From contig JBCCRV010000001.1 of the NCBI GenBank assembly GCA_039201085.1, positions 1 to 38,851 of the forward strand: a stretch of DNA of 38,851 nucleotides, in the 5' to 3' direction. The notes below the pieces were generated by a model that made no database searches, was not told the DNA's origin, and saw only the letters and a list, made by a program, of their open reading frames with translations. Made by a program: the position numbers and the translations under genes. This DNA is from Myxococcota bacterium. Lineage in GTDB: Bacteria; Myxococcota_A; Polyangia; Polyangiales; Houyiibacteriaceae. The stretch's first letter is position 1. Each line of letters starts with the position of its first letter. Shown here one piece after another: positions 26,779-35,339 of this stretch.

Positions 26779-28212
26779 TCAATTGGCGATGATCTCGCAC
26801 TCCTGTTCGAGACGGTAGCCGCCGTGAACCCGCTGCAGTCCGTCGCCCACGACCCGCTTGCGAAGCTCGGAGACTGCCACGCGCAGCCGGCGGCGTTTTG
26901 ACGCTATCGAGCTTTGGTCGTCGCCCCACGCGCGCTCGATCAGCTGCTCGTCCGAAGCCCCTTTGCCCTCGGACCATGCGCATACGAGAGTCCACAGCAG
27001 CCGCGAGAGCTTGCTGTGCTCCCGAAGATCAAACGGTCCTTGCGACGTGTAGCCGCTGAGCGCCCCCAGTTCGACGGCAAGCGTGTTCGGAGCCGGTGCC
27101 TCGGATCGTGATACGAACTCGTGCAGGAGTCGCCGTGTCGATCGCACTGCAATACGCCCGTCGTCCTCGACCCTGGGGGCCGCCTCGATCCGTTCGTGCG
27201 CCGAGCAGAGATGAAATAAACGCTCGCGTCGCCCGTTCGCTTGGGACGCCGCTCGTAGGTCGCTTGCTACATGAAGTACCTCCAATGCGTTGGCGCGTTG
27301 CACGTCGCCCGTCGCCCTCAGCGAACCGAGCGCCGCTTCCAGCCTTAGCGGATCGGTGGCTTGCCAAAAGAGTGCTGCACGCAGCGCGGCAAACTGGTGC
27401 GAAAAGCGTTCGAGGCCAAGGGCCGTGCACTCCACCGCCGACGAACGAAGCCGTTGAGGCGACGCCGATTTTCCCTGCTCCGCGAGGCACCACCCAAGGT
27501 ACCCGGCGTAAATGGCTGCTACCGATCGAATCGATGCCGCCCGCGCGCGGTCGATCGCTTGCTCAAAGGACGCTTCGGCGCTTTGCAAAAACCCGAGGTC
27601 AAACTCGATGTTGCCTCGCAGTCCGAACAAGAGGCAGAGCTCCGCGGCGCTGTAGGTGAGCCCCAGGCCGATGGCGTGGTGAAGGCTGTCCAGGGCGTCC
27701 CGGAAGCGTTCTTCCGAACAGCGAAGTGTCGCCTCGACGGCGTAGACCAGCGCGCCGACCCTCGCGCTTGGATCGGCGTCAAGGAGGGCCTTCGCTTCCC
27801 GCAAGGCATCGCCGGCACGCTGGTCGCGTCCCTGTAGCTGGTAGAGCCGCGCGAGATGGGCGCACCCGGAAGCGCGCCATGAAGCTTCCCGAGCCTCAGC
27901 GGCGAGTTTCGCATAGAGCGCCACCGCGTCATCGAGCCTGCCCGCGGCGCGATGACCCGCGGCGGCGGCCGCGAGAACGCTCGGTTCCGGCATGCGCGCA
28001 CACCAACGTTCCACCACCGCGAGCACTTCCGCATCGGTCCCATCGGCGTTGAAGAGGCGGGCCAGCGCGACGGAGGGCCAGGGCGTGTCTTCCTCCAGAC
28101 GCGCGCGAAGCTCCGCCGCGTGCGTGCGAATCTGCTGGAGCGTCTGCCCATCGGCGGCTTCCGCCCAGCCTCGAAGATCGTCTGGAACGGGTGTCATCTT
28201 GCCATGCGACAC
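26779..28212 (-). CDS. Transcriptional regulator: N-terminal TPR-like helical-repeat region plus C-terminal OmpR/PhoB-type winged-helix DNA-binding domain, no receiver domain
   Basis: C-terminal about 100 aa: LSRLLWTLVCA...ASDEQLIERAWGDD...RRRLRVAVSELRKRV...VHGGYRLE matches the Trans_reg_C pattern (L..L....G..vs.eeL.e.vWg....r.l.v.Is.LRkKl....GYrl). The N-terminal about 370 aa is Ala/Leu-rich helical repeat. The start is GTG 28212 or ATG 28197. Confidence 0.7.
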   Translation of the reverse strand: MSHGKMTPVPDDLRGWAEAADGQTLQQIRTHAAELRARLEEDTPWPSVALARLFNADGTDAEVLAVVERWCARMPEPSVLAAAAAGHRAAGRLDDAVALYAKLAAEAREASWRASGCAHLARLYQLQGRDQRAGDALREAKALLDADPSARVGALVYAVEATLRCSEERFRDALDSLHHAIGLGLTYSAAELCLLFGLRGNIEFDLGFLQSAEASFEQAIDRARAASIRSVAAIYAGYLGWCLAEQGKSASPQRLRSSAVECTALGLERFSHQFAALRAALFWQATDPLRLEAALGSLRATGDVQRANALEVLHVASDLRAASQANGRRERLFHLCSAHERIEAAPRVEDDGRIAVRSTRRLLHEFVSRSEAPAPNTLAVELGALSGYTSQGPFDLREHSKLSRLLWTLVCAWSEGKGASDEQLIERAWGDDQSSIASKRRRLRVAVSELRKRVVGDGLQRVHGGYRLEQECEIIAN

Positions 28213-28225
28213 CCGGTGCGAGGGC

Positions 28226-30274
28226 TTATTCCTTGACGTCGCCGCGGGCGAAGATGCTTGCGACGTAGGCGAGCACGTCCGTCGCGGACTGCTCGTTGTA
28301 GCCGTAGTGCTTCACCAGGCGGCCCTTGATGATGTCGATCTTCTCCTGCGTCTCCTTGTCGATGACGTTCGACGCAAAACCTCGGAGGTTGATCGAGTCC
28401 TTCTGGTCTTCGAAGAGCTTCAGCTCGAAGGCTCGGCGCAGGCGGTCGATCGAGTCGTAGCGAAAGGGCTTCTTTTCCAGCGCGTAGTGACCGATGTGGT
28501 TGAGAATTTCGCGGCGGAAGTCGTCCTTGAGGCCTTCGTCGATGCCGATCTTCTCTTCGACGGAGCCCATCAGATGCTCGTCCGGTTCCTCGTCCTTGCC
28601 CGTGTACTTGTTCTTCACCTTCTGCTTCATCAAGTACGCGCGCATGTTGTTGACGTAGTTCGTCGCCAGCCGCGTGATGGCCTCTTCGTCCGAGGAGATC
28701 GCGCGCTGAACCTCGTTCTTTACGATGTCGTCGTATTCGCTCTTCACGACGCCGATGAGTTCCTGGTAGCGCTTCTTCTGTTCGTCGCCGCTGATCAGCG
28801 AGTGGTGCTGCAGGCCCTTTTCCAGTTCGTTCAGGACCATGAAGGGGTTGATATATCCCTCGTCTCCGTCGCGAACGAGCGCGTTGCTGATCTTGTCCTG
28901 AATGAAGCGCGGTGAGACGCCGTCGAGGCCCTCGCGGGTCGTTTCCTTGCGCAGCTCCTTGACGTTGTCCTGCGTGTACCCGGGCAGCTCCTTGCCGTCG
29001 TAGAGCTTCATCTTTTGCAGGACCGTGAGCTGGTGCTTCTTCGGTTCTTCGAGGCGCGTGAGCACGGCCCACATGGCGGCGACTTCCAGCGTATGGGGCG
29101 CCACGTGTTTGCCGCGAAGCCGCTCGGCGCTGAAGTCCTTTTGATAGATCTTCACCTCTTCGCTCATCTTCGTGATGTAGGGCACGTCGATCTTGATCGT
29201 GCGGTCACGAAGGGCCTCCATGAACTCGTTGTTCATGAGCTTCTTGTATTCGGCCTCGTTTGTGTGGCCGATGATCACTTCGTCGATGTCCGTTTGGGCG
29301 AACTTCTTGGGCTTGATGCGCTGCTCCTGCGTGGCGCCGAGCAGATCGTAGAGGAACGCGACGTCCAGCTTGAGCACCTCGACGAACTCGATGATGCCGC
29401 GGTTGGCCACGTTGAACTCGCCGTCAAAGTTGAAGGCGCGCGGGTCCGAATCGCTGCCGTACTCGGCGATCTTTCGGTAGTTGATATCGCCCGTGAGCTC
29501 CGTCGAGTCCTGGTTCTTTTCGTCCTTCGGCTGAAACGTGCCAATGCCGATGCGGTCCTGCTCGCTGAGCAGCAGGCGCTTTACGCGCACGTGGTTGTTC
29601 ACCACCTTGCCCCAATCGCCGTCGTACTTGTCGAGGAGCTCGCGAAAGATGTAGCGGCAGGCCGGGTTCAAATCGCCCTTGACCTTTATGCGGTGCTCGT
29701 CGTTGCCGAGCTTTAGCTCCGCCATGACCTTTTCGCGCCATTCGATCGGAATCAGCCGCAGCGGCTCGTCGTGCATCGGGCAAGGGAAGGTCGCATCGCC
29801 GCCCGCGAGGCCCGTCCCTTCGAGGCCGACCCACTCGTAGGTGTAGAGGGCGCCCTCATCGGTGCGCGAGTAGGCCTCGAGGCCCTTCTTCAACAGGCGG
29901 GCGATCGTGCTCTTCGACGAACCGACGGGGCCGTGAAGCAGGATGATGCGCTTTTCGGGCCCGTAGTTCTGAGACGCGGCGCGCAACACGTGCACGAGGC
30001 GCATCAGCGGAATGTCGAGGCCGAAGATGCCGTCCTTTCCGTGATCGATCGGATCCGAGAAGAACGGGTAGCGCACCAGGCGCTTCTTGTTGTCGATGTA
30101 CTCCTCTTCGCCGTAGGAGACGACCATGTCGTAGATGCGCTGAAAGGCGTTGCGCGTCACTGTCGGGCGTTCCCGTACGATCCCGAGGTAGTCCTCGAAG
30201 CTGCCCTCCCAGTGGAGATCGCGGTAGCGGTCGTAGTCCTGAAGGGCGGCAATGCGTGAGACGAGTTCGCTCAT
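28226..30274 (-). CDS. prkA: PrkA-family AAA-type serine protein kinase (YeaG/PrkA homolog)
   Basis: 682 aa. N-terminus [18 protein letters not shown]-loop region [13 protein letters not shown], and the long conserved PrkA core and C-terminal domain ([37 protein letters not shown]...) are characteristic of PrkA/YeaG. Confidence 0.9.
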   Translation of the reverse strand: MSELVSRIAALQDYDRYRDLHWEGSFEDYLGIVRERPTVTRNAFQRIYDMVVSYGEEEYIDNKKRLVRYPFFSDPIDHGKDGIFGLDIPLMRLVHVLRAASQNYGPEKRIILLHGPVGSSKSTIARLLKKGLEAYSRTDEGALYTYEWVGLEGTGLAGGDATFPCPMHDEPLRLIPIEWREKVMAELKLGNDEHRIKVKGDLNPACRYIFRELLDKYDGDWGKVVNNHVRVKRLLLSEQDRIGIGTFQPKDEKNQDSTELTGDINYRKIAEYGSDSDPRAFNFDGEFNVANRGIIEFVEVLKLDVAFLYDLLGATQEQRIKPKKFAQTDIDEVIIGHTNEAEYKKLMNNEFMEALRDRTIKIDVPYITKMSEEVKIYQKDFSAERLRGKHVAPHTLEVAAMWAVLTRLEEPKKHQLTVLQKMKLYDGKELPGYTQDNVKELRKETTREGLDGVSPRFIQDKISNALVRDGDEGYINPFMVLNELEKGLQHHSLISGDEQKKRYQELIGVVKSEYDDIVKNEVQRAISSDEEAITRLATNYVNNMRAYLMKQKVKNKYTGKDEEPDEHLMGSVEEKIGIDEGLKDDFRREILNHIGHYALEKKPFRYDSIDRLRRAFELKLFEDQKDSINLRGFASNVIDKETQEKIDIIKGRLVKHYGYNEQSATDVLAYVASIFARGDVKE

Positions 30275-30385
30275 GAATGGTTCCTTTGGCGGCGGAGGCC
30301 TGAAGACAAGCTACCGCGGCGAGGGGCGGACGAACAAGCTCGTCGGCGCGGCATGTGCATCCCGCTCCTTATTCGCCTTTCAGCC

Positions 30386-32212
30386 TCAAAGACGATCCGC
30401 GGTACCGGCTCGCTTTTTCCAGGCGTTGATCCATTCGCGCAGTCGCTTCCGGCGCGGCTTTAGCCCGCCGACCCAGTCGCCATAGGTCTCCGGCGCAAGA
30501 TCGGTCATGTACTTGAGGGCTCGAATTAGCGCATCGTCGTGGGGTCCGCCGGCTTGCCGGAGAAACCAGCTTGTCGCTCGCTTCGCGGCCTCTGGATGCC
30601 GAAGAAAGAGGTGTTCAAGCCTTTGATTCGTCCGAAGTGCGCGGGTTTCTGGGTGCGTACTTTCCGCTTCGGGCGTTCGCTCTGTGGCTGCCGGCGGGGT
30701 GACGAGCGCGCCGTGCCTTAGCAGCTTGGCGCGTGCCTCCAAGAGCACCATGAGTTCCACCGGTCGGGAGACCAATCGTGGACTGATCGCCAGCCGCTCA
30801 GGGTCGACCCGAAGTCTCGCAACGAGTGTCCTGCCTTCTCTTGGGTCAAACTGAGCCGCGAGCATTCCCGCCCGCCGTCCGAGCTCGCCCTCGGGCATTC
30901 GCTTCCATTTGCTGGGCGCCCCGGTGAAGGCAGGTTTCTTACCCGGCTTGTCGAGGAGCGGGCCAAGAAGAACGTCTTCGTCCGTATCTTCACCGCGAAG
31001 CCACGCCGCGATCGCACTCGCCCTTTCAGGTACGTGCGTCTCGAGCCACTCTTCCGCGAGTCGCAAGTACAGCGATGTGAGTATCGCATTGGGGAGATAG
31101 GGCGCGAGCTTCTGGGCCAACGTTGGCTCAAGTCGATCGAGCCGATCTCGAATTCGTTGCCAGTCCGGATCGGCATGCTTTGCCATCTCAATGAGCTGCG
31201 GCGTGGTGCCCAAAGCGGCCTCGTACATCGGCAACATGAACGACTCGCGCGGACCGAACCCATCAAGGTAGGCCCACGCGCCCTCAATCCAGTGGGATGG
31301 TGGATCTTCTGGAAGCGCCTTCACTATGAGCTCCCATCCCTGATGGCCCGTGCCCTCGGCGAAGCGGAGCGCGCGAATGACCGTTTCGGGCACCGGTGAA
31401 AGCTCATCCGTGTACTTCAGGAAGTGACGGATATGCTCGCTTTCGTCGCGCTTGCCGACGGCGACGAGAAGACGCCGCATCATGGCGTGGTCGTCCGGAA
31501 TGATCGCTTCGATGAGGGCGTCGAGGATCATGGACGGCGTCATCAGGTAGGGTGGTATCTGATCGATCCGTCCTACGATGTAGTTTACATCCTTGATGGT
31601 GGCGCCTCGCTTCATCATCGCGATGCGCACATTCCGCGCGTCGTTGAACTGCACCGCGTCGAGTGCATCTTTGTGGGTTTCGTAGAGCTCGCGCATTTCC
31701 TCGTGGTCCGCGTAGCGTCGACGATATCGGGCGACTAGCTGGAGACCTTCATCGCGTCGGCCCAGCGCGAAGAGCAAGCGGGCGTGCACGTTGACGCACG
31801 CGCTGTTGCGAGGGCCGAGCGATTGTGCCCATTCGATCCAGTCTACGGCTTCCTTATGCAGTTCGGGGGCGCGCGAAAGAGCCGCAGCGGCGGCGTGGTA
31901 GAGGTGCCCCTGCGTGATCGTCGAGTGGCTGTGGCCAGGTAGACCGAACTTGCGGTAGTTGGTCCGCACGGCGATCCATCGCTGGAGTCGATCGAGCGCC
32001 TCGCGAGCGCACAGAGCGTCGTCGTGGTCGTCGAAGACATGAGCGCACGCGATCAAGCCTTGGATCTGTGTTTCAAGGGCCGGGTAGTTTCGCGCACATT
32101 CGCGCCATACGGAGATGGATGGCTTCTTTTTGAGGAGCGGCGGAAGGCCTACGGCGCGCAAGACCTCGAATCGATCGATGTACGTCTGATGGAGGTCCCT
32201 CTTGCGTGTCAT
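30386..32212 (-). CDS. Hypothetical cytoplasmic alpha-helical (TPR/HEAT-like) protein, about 608 aa
   Basis: Long ORF with no signal peptide. ATG at 32212; the listed start at 32227 is a TTG overlapping the upstream stop. Helical-repeat character near the N-terminus (HLYHAAAAALSRAPELHKEAVDWIEWAQSLG...ARLLFALGRRDEGLQLV). No catalytic motif recognised. Confidence 0.6.
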   Translation of the reverse strand: MTRKRDLHQTYIDRFEVLRAVGLPPLLKKKPSISVWRECARNYPALETQIQGLIACAHVFDDHDDALCAREALDRLQRWIAVRTNYRKFGLPGHSHSTITQGHLYHAAAAALSRAPELHKEAVDWIEWAQSLGPRNSACVNVHARLLFALGRRDEGLQLVARYRRRYADHEEMRELYETHKDALDAVQFNDARNVRIAMMKRGATIKDVNYIVGRIDQIPPYLMTPSMILDALIEAIIPDDHAMMRRLLVAVGKRDESEHIRHFLKYTDELSPVPETVIRALRFAEGTGHQGWELIVKALPEDPPSHWIEGAWAYLDGFGPRESFMLPMYEAALGTTPQLIEMAKHADPDWQRIRDRLDRLEPTLAQKLAPYLPNAILTSLYLRLAEEWLETHVPERASAIAAWLRGEDTDEDVLLGPLLDKPGKKPAFTGAPSKWKRMPEGELGRRAGMLAAQFDPREGRTLVARLRVDPERLAISPRLVSRPVELMVLLEARAKLLRHGALVTPPAATERTPEAESTHPETRALRTNQRLEHLFLRHPEAAKRATSWFLRQAGGPHDDALIRALKYMTDLAPETYGDWVGGLKPRRKRLREWINAWKKRAGTADRL

Positions 32213-32223
32213 AGCCAGCCCGT

Positions 32224-34818
32224 TCAACGATTGTAAGCGCCAACAAGTTCGGTCCGGTTGCTCTGCTGTTCCGGTCCAATCCAGGGTCCCGAAGCTTGGC
32301 CCCAGCAGACAACGCCGCCCTCCTCAATCAGGGCGCAGGCGTGCGTTGCGGATAGGCCGACGTCCGAGGCGTCTTGGACGCCAACGACTTCATGGACGTG
32401 AAAGCGCATGTCTTCTCGGTCGGCGAAACCATCGTCGCCCGTGCTGCCTGCGAGCGGCGAACCGAACAGGCCATCCAGACCTCCGGTGTCCCCCCAACAC
32501 CGAACGCGGCCGTCCGGACCGGCGGCGCACGCCAAAGAGTCGTAAACGGAAACGGCACCGGGACGTGCCAGCACTGCCGTGGAGGGTTCGAGTCGCCGGC
32601 AGTGCACAAGGCCACTTCGAAGCTGTACGCAGGGTTTGTTGTCGAACGCAACATGCTCACGGCGAACGCTCCCCGACGGTGCGAGTTCAGAATCGCGGAT
32701 GGCAACGGCGCGTGCTAAACGGTTTGGCGGCCTACTCGGACCCCAGCTTTCGGGGGTTCGCCAGCTTTCGGCGCCCCAATAGAAGAGCCCGCGGCGCGTT
32801 GCCGCGAAGATGCCGTCACTGCCGCCCGAGAGCGCCTGCACACCCGTCAACCTCCGGCCCTTGGCCTGCTGCACCGGTTCGAACGTGGTTTCTTCTGGAC
32901 GGGTGAAGGGGTGGTCGCTCGGACGGCTACAAAGGACCGTGCCCCCCCGGCGCAGGAGGCACACGCGCTCTTCATCGTTTGCTTCGGTCATGATTTCCAG
33001 ATCGATGACGTTACGAATGGCGGGGAAGGGACGGGGGGCTTGTCGGCCTGATTCCCGCTCCCAGCAGGCGACGCGACCGCTGCGCTGACGCGCACAAATC
33101 CCCGATCGGTGCGCACGGAGCTGCACGACATCGCGTAGGCCCGGCACTTCCCAGATCTCGTCCGGTCCGCCTGAGCTGCCCCAGCAGCGGACCGCACCGG
33201 CGCGTGTTCGAATGCAGGTGAACGCATCGCCGACGGCGACTTCCGCGGCGTTCTGAACGCCGCTGACGCGGCGCGCTTCGCGCGGTGAGTGGCCCCAGCG
33301 GTAGAGCTGGCCGTTCTCGGTGAGCGCCGTCGCGCCCCAACTGGAGACGGCGACCTTGCGTATCGCAGGGAGCCCTTCGACTACCGTCGATTGGAGGCGA
33401 GCCGGTCCCTCGTCGATGGGGACCGAAGGACCGCGAAGACCGCTCCAGTTGGTGCCCCAGCACCGAACGGTTCCGCGGGCCACGGCACAGCCGAGATGGC
33501 CAAAGAGCGACGCCGTCGACACGTTTCGCGCCACCGTTTGAAAGCGCGCGAGCTCTGCCGCGCTGCGCGGAAGAATCGTGCGAAAGGGGCGGCGGGGATC
33601 GAGCGTCGGAGGCGCGAGCGCACATTTCAACTCACCCGTTCGGCACAGAATGCACGCCATCACGCGGGCGACCTGCGCCATGTGTTGATCCGCCCAAGGG
33701 CGCATGAGTGCTGCCACATCTTCGGGGCCTTCAAGGGGTGTGACCGTCACACCATCGGCCTCGATGCACGCGGCGCCGCCGCGCCTCGTGGCCCCGCAGA
33801 CGTGTGTCGAGTCTTCGCCGAAGCCGTCCGAAAGCTGGGTAAAGCGCACGCGCGTGCGTACGCGGCAGTAGACCGAGCCGTGGTCGGGAGGGCCAAGGCG
33901 GAGCGATGCGGCGCACGCGCCCGCGGGCCGTTGGCACGCCACCGTTCCGTCCTCCAATGCAAGGCAGCGTCCATCGTCGAGGATCTGCCGCACCGCGGGG
34001 GCGTCGCTACGGAGCCCCGGAAGCGGAAGCGACGGACGGCAGTGCGGTCGGCCGGTTTCGTCGATGCCGCAGACGCCCTCTTGGCGGCGCTGAAGCACGA
34101 GCGAGACGAGGGGCGGAAGATTCTCCTGCAGACGGCTTACGCGCCACCCATCGAGCCCGCGCCCACCCCAACAGCCGATCTCGTCGCCCCGCGTATAGCA
34201 GGTGCGCGATCGATGGGCGTCGATGTCTTGCACGCCTTCGAGCGGAAAGAACTCGAGGAGCGCGCTGCCGTCAATCGAGTCTACGACGTCCTCGTCCTCG
34301 TCCTCGCCCTCGTCCTCGTCCTCGCCCTCGTCCTCGTCCTCGTCGCCGACCGCCGCGCCGGACTGAGCAGCACCGACCGAACCCTGCGCCGGGTCCGGTG
34401 CACGTGGCCGGCCCACGTCCACCACGCATCGCTCGTCGCCTGCCTCGCGAACGCGAAGGCAGTGACCGAAGAGGACTGCGAACGTTTCGTTGCCCACCGC
34501 GGGCAGCCAGGACGCTTCTTGGCCGTTCGCCCTCACGCGAAAGCGCGCGATGACTCCCGGTGCGCCATTTTCCTGACTGTCGAACGACACGCTCTCGAAA
34601 TGAAGCTGTAGTCCCGAGGCCAGGGTTCGAGGAACGCCGGCTCCAACTTCGACGGAGTCGAACTGAGTGGCTTCACACGAGTCGTGCGTTGACGACGTCG
34701 GCTCGTCTTGCGGCATGGCGGCGCCGCTGGTTTCGACGGAAACCGGCGGTTCACCGCCGCACGCGGAAACCAGAAGGGTCGCGATCAGCCGAGGTCGTGT
34801 CTGGAGAAGGAAGCGCAT
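32224..34818 (-). CDS. RCC1-like repeat beta-propeller lipoprotein with acidic DE-rich linker
   Basis: ATG at 34818 gives the signal and lipobox MRFLLQTRPRLIATLLVSAC|GG. Repeated RCC1-type signatures: IGCWGGRG, VRCWGTNWSGLRG, LYRWGHS, VRCWGSSGG, VACWERESG, LFYWGAESW, VRCWGDTGGLDGLFG, VVCWGQASG. Linker GDEDEDEGEDEDEGEDEDED. Confidence 0.8.
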   Translation of the reverse strand: MRFLLQTRPRLIATLLVSACGGEPPVSVETSGAAMPQDEPTSSTHDSCEATQFDSVEVGAGVPRTLASGLQLHFESVSFDSQENGAPGVIARFRVRANGQEASWLPAVGNETFAVLFGHCLRVREAGDERCVVDVGRPRAPDPAQGSVGAAQSGAAVGDEDEDEGEDEDEGEDEDEDVVDSIDGSALLEFFPLEGVQDIDAHRSRTCYTRGDEIGCWGGRGLDGWRVSRLQENLPPLVSLVLQRRQEGVCGIDETGRPHCRPSLPLPGLRSDAPAVRQILDDGRCLALEDGTVACQRPAGACAASLRLGPPDHGSVYCRVRTRVRFTQLSDGFGEDSTHVCGATRRGGAACIEADGVTVTPLEGPEDVAALMRPWADQHMAQVARVMACILCRTGELKCALAPPTLDPRRPFRTILPRSAAELARFQTVARNVSTASLFGHLGCAVARGTVRCWGTNWSGLRGPSVPIDEGPARLQSTVVEGLPAIRKVAVSSWGATALTENGQLYRWGHSPREARRVSGVQNAAEVAVGDAFTCIRTRAGAVRCWGSSGGPDEIWEVPGLRDVVQLRAHRSGICARQRSGRVACWERESGRQAPRPFPAIRNVIDLEIMTEANDEERVCLLRRGGTVLCSRPSDHPFTRPEETTFEPVQQAKGRRLTGVQALSGGSDGIFAATRRGLFYWGAESWRTPESWGPSRPPNRLARAVAIRDSELAPSGSVRREHVAFDNKPCVQLRSGLVHCRRLEPSTAVLARPGAVSVYDSLACAAGPDGRVRCWGDTGGLDGLFGSPLAGSTGDDGFADREDMRFHVHEVVGVQDASDVGLSATHACALIEEGGVVCWGQASGPWIGPEQQSNRTELVGAYNR
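34288..34344 (-). repeat. Coding tandem repeat (GACGAG/GGCGAG units, 18-nt period) encoding (DEDEGE)n
   Basis: The + strand reads gtcctcgtcctcgtcctcgccctcgtcctcgtcctcgccctcgtcctcgtcctcgtc. It translates on the minus strand to DEDEDEGEDEDEGEDEDED. Confidence 0.85.
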
Positions 34819-35304
34819 CTCTTCATCACTCAGCAATGCGTGTGCCAAGCGGGATACGATGCCCTTTATCGTCAGCTCGCTCGAATCGAACCATCGGTGT
34901 TACGCGCAACGCCGCGTGCGTGACACTGCACGTGCACCTGCGTTCACGCCGCGGCGCACCCGAGCAAGGCTTCCGAGTGCACGGCTCCCAACTGTGCGCG
35001 GCGGGAAACGCCCATCGTTTCGTCCTCCCCACCAACGCGCACCGCATTTCGTTGCTTCGCGGTTAAGCGATAGGTACTGCGGTCCGAAACCGACCGCGCG
35101 CCGCCATGCGCACTGCACGGAACGAAGCACGCCAGATCGCGTACCGAATGCGCCACCTTCGTCGTTCGTGTCTTGCCCTGACTCGCCGGCGAAACCGCAT
35201 CCGAAAACTTGAGTGCGGTTGAAGACCGTTGATTGACCTGGTGTTCGTTGGGATCGCATGTCCAGATTGGGGCGCAACAAGAGCCGCCGGTGTGAGGTTC
35301 CCAA

Positions 35305-35320
35305 TGGCAGCCCCTTCGCA
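35305..35320 (+). promoter_or_regulatory. Weak sigma-54-like element TGGCAG-CCCCT-TCGCA upstream of the PD40 lipoprotein gene
   Basis: GG and GC dinucleotides have the correct 10-nt spacing. There are two mismatches to TGGCAC-N5-TTGCA. It ends only about 20 nt before the GTG at 35340, which would leave an unusually short leader. Confidence 0.2.
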
Positions 35321-35339
35321 AAGCTTCTAGTTTTGGATC

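Noticed and set aside
30386-32212. Possible horizontally acquired island, because some stretches of the 608-aa gene look lower in GC (about 52-58% in hand-counted 60-nt samples)
   Set aside because: A hand count of one 60-nt line in pdhB gave about 60%, so the difference is small. There are no flanking tRNA, integrase or direct repeats. A windowed GC and codon-usage calculation would be needed to support this.
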